Source: Leptogorgia sarmentosa
Taxonomy: Eukaryota
Reading direction: 5' to 3'
Assembly (NCBI GenBank): GCA_964658305.1
Contig: OZ210885.1
Coordinates: 2,666,001 to 2,730,000 of the forward strand
Length of the DNA: 64,000 nucleotides
Part shown: positions 26,290 to 39,713 of the stretch, piece after piece
Position numbering within the stretch: the first letter of the stretch is position 1
Layout: each line of letters starts with the position of its first letter
Program-made: the position numbers and the translations under genes
Notes under the pieces: model-generated
The model's database searches: none
What the model was told of the DNA's origin: nothing
Seen by the model: only the letters and a program-made list of their open reading frames with translations

Positions 26290-27658
26290 CCGGGGCAACT
26301 GTTGTCGAGCTTTGCGTGAATAGTCGATATGCTTATATTAATTATTATGCAGGTCAAATCTTAGTTGCAGACATTTTTATTTTTAGAAACGATAAGACGA
26401 ACCGTCATTTCTGAAAACTGGCTATGGTAGAGAATCTTTCACGGGGAGATAACAACATGCTGCGCGCAGCGGCCTTTCGCATGGTAAAGTGATCATCTTA
26501 CGAAAATCTATAGAGCAACTTTTCCGATTGCAGTTAGAGCTGAAAACTGAAAAGTGAGACACCAAGTACAATGGATCCGAACGAAGAAGCAGTGGCCGAA
26601 CAAAGTCATAATACACCACGGCTGACGGCGAAGGCTGTGGTGGTATTTGGGAATTAAAACGACTGTATTCTGATAGGAATTGTTGAACACTTAAACAGGG
26701 GTATCCGTGTTGTGGTTGTCATTGAACTTCATGTTATAGCTGATATCGGATTAAGTTGAGTGGTTATTCCGATAGACTCAGATCACAATTTCAACGCTGG
26801 TATATAGTCACGCCAAGCTTTTTGTCGGTAGTCCCAACAAAGTTGAAAAAACACATGCTATATAGAGACTGATCGAAAGCACAGTACAGCTTAGACTACG
26901 TTTACACAGCGCCAGAGTGAAAAAGTGACGGCATAATTTGATTGCGTTTACACTGTTCTGTTTGAATTCCATTTGTTACTTTCTAATTTCACTCCGTATA
27001 AAACAAGAAATTCTAACCCGCTATTAATATAAAGCGTAGCGAAATATTAACGGCGGCGGTATTTATACAACACCATGTGCCACTCCCTTTACGCCCGACC
27101 ACGTTTAGAAAGTGTGGTACCACCACGGCAAAAGTGGCGTTTTTGAACAAATCGGCTCCACATCCGTTTTGTTATTCTTTTGCGTCGTTTTCAGATCCAT
27201 CCGGAGTTGTGTAAACGTAGTCCCAATATTATTTGTTTGGCAACAGGGTTTTTTCATAAATATATTGGTCCAATTTCCATGCATTGTATCCTGCTACACA
27301 CTTCCAGAAATTGCTTTAAAGGACCTGAAAAAATAAAAAAATTCAACAAGAGAGAAGTTTTTTTTTCTTTGGAATTCTGGATTTGATTTTTTTAAGGCAT
27401 TCTGGATACTATTTGGACAATAGCATGTTTCGTTGAATGATTGGAAAGAAATCCACTATATTATAAAGCAGCTACATCATTCTTCCGGGAAAAATCAAGA
27501 CTACTATACAATAATTTTCCATTATTTTATTAAAAACATTACATAGTATAGATGGCATACACATGGTAAAACTTAACCTCTGCAACCTGGATGTTGCAAA
27601 CAAAGTTCAAAATATTAATAACCAGATTAGAAATGAAAAAGTAAGTACAACAGAGTAT

Positions 27659-30600
27659 TCAACTTAAACGCAAACTAAAGCCACATGATTTGCAACAATT
27701 ATCCGCCATGAATGGTACGAATTGTTTCCAACAATATCCACGGTTTTTCCAATATTGACAGTCCTGATTAGATCGCCTGTCACCGCTACAAGCTTCAGAA
27801 GCTGAAAAGAAGACGATTATTTGAAGCGTGAATCAACAATGCTAGCGACTTTAGAGCGTTTATTTTGGGGGTGATTATTAGCTAGCTCTTCCAAAGAATA
27901 TTCATAATAACACATACCAAACATTTCAGACGTGGTTGCCCTCACTGTTTGAATAAATTAACTCCATAAGTCGATAATGGTGCCGTCAAAGCTATTATTA
28001 TTCAATTACATGGAAAAGACATTCAAAAGTAAGAATTTCTCGCCATTCAAGCATTCAAGATCAATTTTAGGGTTGATGATACGGAGCGTGACAGAGGGGT
28101 TATACATTATAGAAATGACAAGTTACATGTGGTTACATGTGGTTACATGTGGTTACATGTGGTCACATGTGGTTACATGTAGTTACATACGGACAAGCTT
28201 TGGTTACAACGTCGAGCCTGAGGCGAATCCGCATAAAAAACGATTTCGCGTTTACACGGTTTTTATCCATCCATATTTTTAACTAGTAGGCTTTCCCAGC
28301 AGCTCGAATATGTCAAAAATTCCTGCGGATAGCAATTTTTAGTCCATTCCATCTTTCAGCTCTTGAAAATATTCTTACCATTGCACTCGTGAACGTTCAT
28401 TATTATTTTGTATAATAGCTATAATTCACCATTAATTTTTGACTTGTAGAGTTAATTTATTTAAAACATGTCTGACATTTCTGGTGATGAGGTTGCAATG
28501 TAAAAGTTGTCTTACCCCCAGTGCTACATGTTCTGCAACAATTTTTCTTCATGTATGTTGCAAATCTCTGTCCTTCCTCACAATATCCACGTGCTTTCCA
28601 GAATAGACAGCTGTCAGAAGAGTCCTTGTCAGCTGTACAAACTTCAGAAACTGAAAAGAGAACGATTATTCCACTCGTCAATCAACAAGGCTAGCAGTCA
28701 AGTGATTTTAATGAGTTTATTTTGAGGCGTCGTTGCGAATGTTCCAACAATCTGACTTGCGTGATGTATCAACAGAAAAATTGACAACATGGTATTCGGT
28801 GCTGGATTAACCCATTCTAGGGTCGGGGGCAACTATGGGACCATGATTCGGTGAATGTGAAACATGCTCAAATCAAAATTAAAATCTTGTCCATTCGGAC
28901 TATATCATTAATTATTATATGGCAAGTGTTTCTGAGCGTCCGTCTGCTAAAATACAGCATTCTGATTGGTTCCTGAGCGGTCGGTAACCTGCAGTACAGA
29001 CCGCTCACGTTTAGCGACGTCGGTTGTTTATTGAATCAAGCGAGAACGAAGACGAAATAAGTTAAAAACATGTTTGAACATTCTGTTCTTTGTTTTTGGT
29101 AGCCAACAACATTTTAGAGAACAATTATTTTTAGCGAACTTCCTCAGCTGTTCTTATATTAATTAGCCGTTTAGCGGCTTTGCTCATAGTGTCGAATTGT
29201 TGTAAACGATAATAAATAGCTTATTGACTGAGTTTTTCGATCCGTACTGGAGGATACTGCACGGTCAAGTTCTTTTCTTGTTTGCGAGAAAAGAACTCGA
29301 CGTCGACCGTGCAGCATCCTCCAGTACGGACCTCACACTCAGTCAATAACATATATATATATTATACTTCAAATTCAAATTGTCCAATGAGAAACAGCAT
29401 TTTTACCACTTGATATAGTGTGATTTTCACTCAAATTCATGATTTCGGAATCCAGCGTGGGATATTATAATATTTGAGGTATATAATATTCATAATAAGG
29501 CCACCTCTGAACAACTTGTTTTGTTAAAAAAAAGGGTTTAAAAGTTTTGTTACCTCCAGTGCTACATGTTTTGCAACAATGTTTCCGCATGTATATTGCA
29601 TATTTATTTCCTTGCTTACAATATCCACGTCTTTTCCAATATCGACATTTCCTCCCAGTCTGCAGGTCAGCTTTACAACCTTCAGAAATAAAGAGGACGA
29701 TTATTCCACGCGTGAATCAACAATGCATGCTATAGGGATTTTAAGGCCTTTGCGCGTCGTAGCGATAACGAAAAAATTGATTGAAATAAAAAAGGAAAAA
29801 TGAAGAGAGAATGCATAGAATTTTACAACGATCACAAAACATGAGATCCACATGGTATTAGCCATATTGAAGGGTTATTGACTGAGCGTTAAATCTGTAC
29901 TGTGAATATCAGACCGGGGTTTTTTAATATGGACCGAGCGATGAAGGAGCGAGGTCAATGCGAAAAGCCGAGGTCTTATAATCCACAGTACAGACCGAAC
30001 AAGCGAGGTCAATAATCTGTTTATTATATGGCTCAATTGAGTCTGAGCATATGCTTTTCCCGCGAATTATATCGGCTATCATCAGTTTCACTTGGTAACA
30101 GTACGTAAACAAACATGCTCAATCGAAAAGAATTTGGTTGTTTGAAATTTTTGTCTTTAAATTTTAAATGTGAAAATCTGAAAATCAATTAGCAAAAATG
30201 TTTTCTGTTTGCAAAGCAAATTCCTGCCCGATATACGACAAGGCGCCGCGGGCGAGGGTACTAATTCCTCACGGCTATTTGTCCCCGGACAAAGTAAAGC
30301 ATAGCGGATAGCGAATTTCAAAGTCGTATCGCCACCAATTTGAGTTATTGATCAAGTGTAAGGGAGGTCATCACCGTTCTTAAATATATGGCGGACTTTC
30401 AAGAGCTAACTACTGCAAGACAATCACATGATCCCTTTTGGAAATCAGCTTTCGCTGAAAAGGCTAATGTGTTTAAATAAAGTTGATCACACTTCTGAGA
30501 AAATAGAAATGTTAGGAAAACGCTGCGAAAGTGGAAGAAACGACTATGGTTTGAAAGACAAGATACGTTCGTCAATATATTATCGGAAGTAAATTTTTTT

Positions 30601-33600
30601 GTTTTGCGTATTTGCTATTTGTATGAAAGGTCCTCGAAGCCGCATTTTAATGTATTCACGCTTTAATATTCCACAGTATAAGTTTATTTTTTTAAATGCA
30701 AGACTTTACAAAATATTTACCTTTAAGAAATTAAATCAATCGAAGATTGGCTAGAGCCTAGAAATCGTTTCATTTCAGAACTTAACTTAAATATTTCAAA
30801 ACGTTTTGTGCAAATAATTGTACTTTTTCTCACAGTGGCCATTTTGAAGTTCATGATTAATTTTATTACGCATAATAATAACGTACGGACAACGAATGGT
30901 CCTCCAAATTAAAAGAAAAGGTCGACAATAAAACCAAGATAAAAGCTGATAATTTATCCGTCTTGAAGAAATGTACAGGAATATGATTATATGAATTCCC
31001 GAATATAATAAATTACACAATTCCCTTATGAGAAAGTACGTGCATGCCGTATTTGAAATAGCTTGTTCTTTCGTAGATGCCTAAATTTTCAGGTAAATTT
31101 TTAGGACGGCAATGCCGAAACATAAACATGATAATTAATTTAGCTAATGAGCTTAATATGAAAAAGAAAACAAGGACCAAATATTAACTGAGTGTGAACT
31201 GTGAAGTCTGTACTGGAAAGAAATGACTGAGGAGTTTTATCGCGAAGTCTGTTCGATAAAAATCGAAGCAATACATTCCCGTACAGACCGAGCAAACAGG
31301 TTATTGAAGGATTTATTATAATTATGGCTTTGTTCGATCGGAGTTTCTTTAATCGGATTTGTAGAAAGAACCAGAAACACTTTCACTGCTGAAACTTTTA
31401 GCCGAAAATACTGGCGGTTGCCTACCATTGATCCATCCTTACATGCAGGATACATTGTCTTTTTTCGCTATTTCCTTCCAAACAATCTATATATAGATGC
31501 TTTGCGCTTCGCTAATCAAGTTCCCGCCTCGATTGGGAAAACCCTAATTTACATCTTACAATACCTACCTGTGCCTGTCCCTGTGCCTGTCCCTGTGCCA
31601 GTGCCAGTCCCTGTGCCTGTCCCTGTGCCTCCCGTTGATCCGCAATACATTGTCTTCGCTTGTGCAACATCACCCTCACTTAGTCCTTGCCTCTGTCCAA
31701 TACTAGCATCATTTTTTGCAGTTATTGTTTTCATTCCATTTTTTGAGAATGCATATTCACCATATTGCATTATACTCGCGTAATCATACCCATGCGATTT
31801 GTCGTCTGTTAGACCGGTTTTTTTGTCGAAATTATATTTCAGGTCTGAAAGGTTAACAAAATTTAACACATAATTATCATATTACATAGAGCATAATTAT
31901 ATAAATTTCGTGATGCGAAAGCACTTTCGGAAGTTGAGAACATGAGGGTTTAGTCTACGGTAAAACACAGATCACAAGGCGTGTTTTTATATGTCCCACC
32001 ATCATGTGTTTTTGGGTGAAAAATACATCTTGAGAACAGTAAAATAACTTTGCCGTGTTCTCTGTCCTAAATTGGCGATTTGCACACGTTGGTTTCACGT
32101 AGTTAGTGCCGCTCAATTTCAGTCAGTTGTGAAATTAATCAAGCCACATAATTAAGGGTAGTGCCAGCAATTCGCTGAGCTTTGTATAACAGAATGAAAG
32201 CACAGAAGAGTACTAAATGTTGTTACATATATAGTAGCTAAATTATAAGAACATACCGTCCCTGATATTTTCCCAATGTATCGTTAGATATTGGTCACGA
32301 TCTGAGCGAGACTGTTCGTGCCAGAATCCCAAAGCGTGGCCTAAAATACATTTTAAAGAAACAATTGAGCAAAAACAACAGAAAGTTTGGGGAATTAATC
32401 ACAGTTGCCTAACAGGTTATTAAGTAAAATATATTTTAGCGCCACAAGACCGCAGGGTAAGACTTAGCCGGGGAAGGTGAGCATCACCTTTGCTGTAGTT
32501 TAAATATGGGACAGATAAAAATACCATTTGTTTTTTCACAGAAACTTAGAAGGTAGGAATGGAAAGAGGCTGCTAATCATGATCATGCGTGTTACTGTAT
32601 TCGGAAAATTCATCATATTCATTACAGATTCAGATTTCCACATTATGACGTAAATTTAGTAAACTGTGAAGTTTGGTTGCAAAATATCGTAAAATGTGGA
32701 AACTACATAATATTATGCAGTCATGTAAGCCCAGGTTGCAAAATTCCAAATAAAACTATTATTAAACTTTGGTTCCTTTTTCCAGGTGTGATAATGATAT
32801 GATTGGTAATTAATATAATTCCTAATTCAAACGTTTGTCTAACTGTGGAATGGTCCATTGATTTGATTGCAAATAAATGAACAACATTTTACGAACCGAT
32901 TTCGTGAACAATAATTCCATGGCTCATACATCCTGGATATTCAAGAGAAATAAGTTGCCGACTATTTTGGAAACCAACAGCTGACGAGCACCTGAATTAA
33001 TATATAACAATCCTCGATTAGATCTTGTTGTTCTCTATTATGCTCCCTAATTAATATTCGTTCTCTAATATATGTCCCTACGCTTGCCATGACCTAACAG
33101 TAGAACTCACCCCTTTCCCGCACCAAAGACAATGCATCCTTTGCAGCTGCTCAGACTTCGCAATCGTACGAAACGTAAACACGGAACCTTATCCATCCAC
33201 TCTTCTATTGCTACATGGATTAGTTGGTGATGTTCTGACGATCGAATCTCTGCATGAAAATGTAAGTATAAAAATTAAAATTTAGAACGCAAAATAGAAA
33301 TCAAAATGACAATTGAATCTACAAATCTTTAAAAAAAATCAAGAAGTATGATAATGACATTCAAAGACTTAAATGTCTTCACAACTGTTCCCAGATTCTC
33401 AAAAACAAACAAATATTAATGTAGTTCTAGGGCGATTATGAGAGACAGTATGTCAAATAGTTGCTATTACATAACACTGATTTGATTGATGAATTGTCTC
33501 GTGATATCGAATAGAAAGTTCCATTTTTTAAATGTCTCGGCTCTCGTCTCGTTGAATAGAATATTCCATCGTTCACCTCATGAAAGTAATCTTACCATTG

Positions 33601-36600
33601 CACTCACAAACATTCATTATTTGTATAATTCACTTTAAAAAATGGCAGCTCTGAGTGCTTTAACGTGTTTCGGAGAAGGCGACAATCCATCCCCAAAAGT
33701 GGGTTTCTCGCTAGACGGATTCTCTGATGGTTTTTTTTGGGTGACAAACTCTAGAAATATATCATTGAATTTTGAAAGTGATGAATTCCCTGCATTTTGA
33801 GGAATGCATTCCACGGTTCCACCAGATTCAACGCCCTCCCTTTGGGATATCAAAAGCGCTTGATAATGACGTCTTTGAAATTATTAGGAAGATTTTGTGT
33901 GGTGTAGAACAAATTTGGCTAACCTGAAGCTTCAATGTAATAGTTGAAATTTGCATATTAAATTAAAATGTATTAATCACAATTATTATTCAGTTTTCGT
34001 AAACTAGTGTTCTGATTGGCCGATTTGTACCACGTGACTTCATTTTACATAACAACAATGCACGGCCGTGCATTATAGCCGTGCGTAAACTTTTTATCGC
34101 ACTGCAAGATGGCTTCCGAGTGCGAGAAGTTTTTAAATTTGTCCACCGAGGATATAGAGGCAATAATTTCTGTTTTAATTATAAATTGTAATTATAAATG
34201 TTGTACTATAAAATATTTTTTGTAATAAATATGAATTGTGTGGCGTTTCTTTTTGCATATTTCTCTATGCATGCATATAACAATGTGAAATGCTTGTTCT
34301 TTTGTGGTTTACTCAAATTGAATATTAAAACGTTTAAAGCACTCTTTTTCGTGCATTATCGGCATTTTCAAGCACTCATTCGCGAACAAGAAACTCGAAA
34401 TTTAACACTGCACTCGGCTGCGCCTCGTGCAGTGTTAAATTTCTTGTTTCTTGTTCGCGAATTCGTGCTTGAAATGCCGATAATGCACTCAAAGAGTGCT
34501 GTAATCCTTAATTAACGTTAAAAGAAGAGAACAACTATGGAAGCATACAGTACCATTCACGTGATCGATATTTATATAGTATATTTGCACTGGACAACCT
34601 TTTTGGAAATAATAAATGTGCAAATAATTTATTCATATTTAGAAGATGGCTTACGATTTTGGTCGATATAATATCGTATTTCGTGTTTGCCATTCTTTTC
34701 TGGCCAAATATGTCTTTTGTTGTTTGAGGCCGCCCCACGTTTCCGATTTTCAATCATTTCTTCCACTGATTTTGTCTTGATGATGTCTCCCTCAAAATAC
34801 TCCTCTTTATTTCCTGAAAAATGTTTGTTTTTATTGTTGAGCGCTTGTCAATTAATTGCAACATAAGGACTCATACAAAGCGGTTTTCCACTTGCAAATT
34901 TTGTCGCGCGAATCGGATTTTTTCGTGGCAAAATAGTTGGCGCGAATAGTTCTTTGTTTCGACTTTCAAATCTACGTAGCTCGCTACTTTTTTCGCCGTG
35001 AAAACGTGCGAACGGGTACAAATCATTCGAACTGCTTTTTTTGCCGTAGCGAACGATTCACAAATTTTATTGCCATATAACATTTATGAACACGCATGCG
35101 CGTGAGGGAAAAAATCGCTTCTCACGACAAAATTTACAAGTGGAAAACCGACTTAACAGTCGCCTGCACTTCAATATTTGGTGCGAAAAAACCTGGGTAT
35201 AGCCACAGGAACCCAAATAGTTATGCACGTCAGGTTATTACATTATGGCTAATAGTAATAACATCTTGGCTGGAACTCTGTTACGATAAAATAAACATGC
35301 ATTTACACTTTCGATGGAAACAGAGAAAAAAACACGACTTTCTGAAAGAAAAACAAGATACAAATGATCTTGGATACCTCTTCTTAATTTTCTACATAGT
35401 TTTTAGACAAATATTACGCACAGAAATACTTAAATTTGTTCAATAAAAAGTGTTTCTTATCTAAATATTTTGTGTATAGATAGGTGGGATGCAAAAGGCC
35501 CTACAAACGTCATCATCGGAAACCGCTTCGGCTGAGCTCTTATTGGCTGTTGACAACTCTGAAACTTAATTCTTAGCCAATGTTGAACCGATGTTGATAT
35601 CAGCCAATAAGAGTATGTAGTTTTTTATTCAGTGTGAATGCATAACTATTTTTATCGTAAAAGAGTTGCCAGCCATATTACTACTATTGCCTATTACATA
35701 TGCCTTTGGGAATATGATGGGCTTATACAAGGGTGGGCTTATATTTGGAACGTTGTGAGCCTAAGTAACCTGGTGTGCTTATCTACGGGTGGGCTTGTAT
35801 TCCGGGGGGGGGGGGGGTTGGGCGGGGGGAGGGGAGTTATAGTCGGAGGTTCACGGTTGTGTTTTTCTTTCCTATGAGAGATCGTGATTGCAATTTCCCT
35901 GGGATTTGCCGGCATTGAAAAACAGAGTGGAAACACAGAACACGACTAGAACGACGTCCTCCTCTCTCCCCCTCATAGTCGTCCTGCTCCACTGTTTTTG
36001 ATTCCGACATATCATCCATAACTACCTGATTTCTGCTCGGCCTTCTCGTTTACTGCCAGGAGCTTGTCAAACGCTGAGTTGTCTTCTGAATTGTCGTCAA
36101 AATTTTCTATGGTAAAATGAATTATACAGTGAATTTTACATCAAACCTAATCCAACAATTTGGAAGGTGTAATTTCATTACGTGTTACCCCTTCCATCGT
36201 CCTATTAAGAGTGAAACTATACGCCAATTACGAAAACAATATATGCGTTTATACTAAACAGATTATTTCAAGATCATGATAAAATCGCTGCCATTTACAA
36301 CATTTTCAACATTTTCCACTTACCATTTTCAACATTTTCATAAATCTCTGACTTGGGGAAGCCTAAAATTGGGAAGATTACAAAATTATCCCGTCTTTCT
36401 TTCCTCAATTAAGCAATCAATATTATGGTGAACATATTCATATTCAGCGCATAGGTTACTTGAAAATGTGCTTTTGTAAGCACATACATTTTCTCGAAAC
36501 TTTGCCAATAAGCTTTTCATGAAAACTCGCCAATTCAACACACTCGAAGTTAGCCAAGCTGCTTCAATTGAATGGTTTCAGTTTATTCATTTAAAATTTA

Positions 36601-38318
36601 CTACAATTTTTACGTTTGAAAAATCTATTATGAATTAGCTTATAACTCCCATTCGAACCTAACAGCTTGTTGCAGGCTTCTTCGTGGTAGACGCGCGCGA
36701 GAAAAAGGGACATTAATTTATTCTGTTTTCAAAATAAGAGGCATTTTCCCATTATAGGCATTTTCCCATTAAAAATAGAATAACAACGCGGTTACTTGGT
36801 GTAAATAAGTTTGCCACTGCGCTGTGTAGACACCAACTTTGGTGTTATAATTAACACTTCAAAGGATACTAATACACTACTTTCGTGTAAATAAGTTTGC
36901 AGCTGAGCTGTGTGGACACCAACTTGGAGTTAATTAACAGTTTAAAGGGTACTAATACACTGCTTTGGTGTAACTAGGGTTGCAGCTGTGTGGATATCAA
37001 CTTGGTGCCAATTTACTAATTTACGTTATTAACTTACACACATGAATGTACAACAAATCAGTGTCAACTTATTTAAGACAAACTTATATAAGTATTTATA
37101 TAACACAAACTTATATAAGTATTTAGGAAGCATCTAACACCTGCTACAGCATTTGTATGAGAATCAATCGCTTACGGTAAAAAAGGGAAAAGATAGAAAT
37201 GCAATATTAACACATATTCATAAAAATATAATGCACTTCATAATATAATTTAAAATAATTACTTATAAAAAATTGAATATAATTATGTGTGCAGAGTGTA
37301 TAAAAGATTAAAGGTAATGTTGACATTATAAACACACAAATATTAACTTGTCGTTGGTGTAATTTTACACTATGGGAAGTGTAACCTTGCACTAAAAGAG
37401 TGTTCCAGCTATATTTTTCACTAAACAGGTGTGTATTTACACTCTCACAGTTTACATATGTTATTTCGCATACAACCTTTTGTGTACATTTACACAAAAA
37501 TAAGTGTCAGCAAGGTATTTCCCTATGTACTTTACACTAGAGCAGTGTTATTTGCACACTGAGGTGGTGTCGAACTACACTGCAATAATGTAACATTACA
37601 CTTAATCGGTGTAAAGTTTCATTTAGACCTAATCAGTGTACATTTACACTTTTTTGGTGATGTCACAACACTGCCTGATTTTCAGTATGGAGGGTAATTT
37701 TAAATCACTCATCAGATAGACCAGTTATTTGAATCGTTTCAGATTAAATACATCTACGAACGAAGACGTCAATAAAGTCACTGTACATGTAAGTGAGTCG
37801 CATGCAGTAAACTGCTAGATATAAATATAAATATTGGATCTGAGATCTCTGGCTCGTCTGCCCAAACAAATTCCATACATAAAAAATTCTCAGTTGGAAT
37901 AGTCTGTAATGTGTGTTGCACTACCTGTTAAGATAAATTTTGGGAATATATATCGGCCTCAATTCATTCCACATTTGAACAATCTCGAGAAACCTAAACC
38001 GCTTTAAGACTTTTCATCCGTTTAAAAATTGTGGGAAACGTTTGGGACGCAGAAACCTATGATATATGAAGATACAAAAGAACGGAGGGCTTGCCGTTTA
38101 GATCGCTATAAGCTATACCTGTCAACAAAAAGGGCCCAATTTATCAGTTGGCAAAATCGACCCGACCGCAAATCACTGTTTCTAGCCAAACGTAACTATA
38201 AAATCTTGCCTATATTTCGAAAACTCCGCAAAATTATTTTCAAAAGTTCTATCATACCTTCACTGCCGGGCAAAAACCCAAGACAGAATAACAGAAGTAA
38301 GATTGATGCAAACTTCAT
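27659..38318 (-). CDS. Astacin (M12A) zinc metalloprotease 1 with Gly-Thr linker and three ShKT-like domains
   Basis: Exons 38258-38318, 36026-36106, 34655-34813, 33111-33249, 32897-32991, 32257-32340, 31569-31844, 29554-29679, 28516-28650, 27659-27801. Signal peptide, prodomain FEGDI, RKR cleavage site, [19 protein letters not shown], Met-turn SIMQY, three C.D...C..W...GYC....M...CC.TC-type domains. AATAAA near 27526-27531. Confidence 0.92.
28121..28188. repeat. (GGTTACATGT)n minisatellite; paralogous array at ~54222-54296
   Basis: Direct reading; lies in the last intron of both astacin genes. Confidence 0.9.
29221..29349. repeat. Long imperfect hairpin (TTATTGACTGAG...CTCAGTCAATAA), probable non-autonomous element end
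   Basis: Arms TCCGTACTGGAGGATACTGCACGGTC / GACCGTGCAGCATCCTCCAGTACGGA; related hairpins at 29875-30015 and ~31180-31305. Confidence 0.75.
34338..34500. repeat. ~160-bp hairpin centred on CTCGGCTGCGCCTCG, end of an insertion in astacin 1 intron 3
   Basis: Arms AGCACTCTTT..GTGCATTATCGGCATTT..TTCGCGAACAAGAAAC..GAAATTTAACACTGCAC and its reverse complement; absent from the paralog. Confidence 0.8.
34878..35153. mobile_element. MITE with CGGTTTTCCACTTG TIRs; longer orthologous copy at 61233-61677
   Basis: TIR CGGTTTTCCACTTGCAAATTTT / AAAATTTACAAGTGGAAAACCG; same intron position in both paralogs, so it predates the duplication; this copy lacks an internal segment. Confidence 0.8.
36790..37690. mobile_element. 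TACAC/GTGTA-rich non-autonomous DNA element; related copy ~57880-58368, remnant ~63005-63045
   Basis: 37345-37690 aligns with 58030-58368; the end ACAACACTGCC...TTT(T/A)CAGT(A/G)T is shared. Confidence 0.65.
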
Positions 38319-38465
38319 GACCACAGCGATCCTTCGTACTTCACTTCCGAAGCGGTTTGAACTTTTCAGTCTTCCTTTGCCCGATTTTATATTCTTCCTT
38401 TGTACACTTTTTTATCATTTTGTGAAAAGACGAACATTTTTCTCTGCATGTTGTCCGGCAATTTT
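38319..38465 (-). promoter_or_regulatory. TATA promoter/5'UTR of astacin 1 (shared promoter family)
   Basis: TATAAAA starting at 38391, 73 nt upstream of ATG; CGAAGGATC; upstream TGCCGGACAACATGCAGAGAAAAA box. Confidence 0.7.
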
Positions 38466-39713
38466 TGGTGATTGCAAGACAGATTAATCAGCTGTGTGGT
38501 AGATTTATCAGATAAACACCTACAATTCTATTCCAGAGCAAAGATTCTTTGCACATTCATCTTTTGTGCTTGACTTGGCTATTGTCAACGAGATGATGGC
38601 GATAAACCTATGACACACTGAAACAGATTTTTAAGATAAAACAAGATTGCACAATATTCTTATTCTTTTTTTGCTATAAATATGGGGGTGTAAAAGCTTT
38701 ATAAACTTAGGGGGTCGTCTCCCACGAAGGATCGAAATCTATATAGCTGCGTAATTACAATAAAAAAGATAAATATATGTTTATGATTCCAAAGACATGA
38801 AGATTGAATTGAAATATTTCACTATACAAATTCTTTAAACTTCAATATGCTTGAACTTAGGGGGTCGTCTCGGGACGAATTCCATCATATCCTTGGCACC
38901 GCGACGTAGCTACCGCCTACCGAAAAAGATCGTTCCATTGTAACAGTATTCCTAAAGGTGGAATTTTTATTGTCTTAGGTAACTGTTATACTTTCGAAAA
39001 CGTTTTGAGCTCAAATAATCGCTGCTATTGTTTTTAAACTTGTTTTGCTGGCCGAATGTCAAAACTTAAAATTTTTATAAACAGTAATTTACTGTATCGT
39101 TCAGATATTTACAGTAGAACTTTTGCTGCTTGTCCTGTTGAATGAATGTTGTCCTGTTGAATGAATGTTGAATGAATGAAAATTTTCCGAGAACAATGCT
39201 CTTCTTGCCATTTTGGCGGCAGTTTGTAGTCATATTTTATGTATAGTATACTATTGTGATTATTTTATTCTTGTCTAGATTTGTAAATTTTGAGGGCCAC
39301 TAGTTTATTAGCTTTTCTACCCTCGTGAAATAAAGTGTCTTATCTTATCTGATCTTATCTAATTAAATTGCGGCAAAACTAAATAAAATTACGGCCTCGC
39401 TAGTTCAGACGTCCAATTTTTCATGTACCGAATTTAATGTTAACAAGACGTCTGCATGTTCAGGCGTTAGCATGCGATGCGGGGTCTTGATTAATGAACT
39501 CTGACTACGGTGGAAGTAATGAGTTTTAGTGCATATTCTACACGAAAGAAGTTGGTACATTACGTGACCCTGTGACATCCCCATGGCCAATGATAAATGA
39601 CTTTTTGCCTTAATTGCCTAGCCAGAAATTTATTCATACGCGCTCGACACAAAATAATCTTTGTATTTGTTTACATTACTAATAACTGAAATGATCAAAC
39701 ACTTCGTCAATCT

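Larger units (their letters stand above)
25395..38465. repeat. Segmental duplication unit 1 (astacin 1 and flanks), direct copy of ~51010-63930
   Basis: Introns and 3' flank align colinearly between copies (e.g. 25475-26040 vs 51055-51645; 32341-32900 vs 59333-59870), interrupted by copy-specific insertions. Confidence 0.9.

Noticed and set aside
31418..31783. Plus-strand ORF with (PV)n
   Set aside because: Antisense of the astacin Gly-Thr linker.
35837..36019. [15 protein letters not shown]... conserved with 61982-62197
   Set aside because: Out of frame with exon 2 and starts just after its donor; conservation is no more than expected for duplicated introns.
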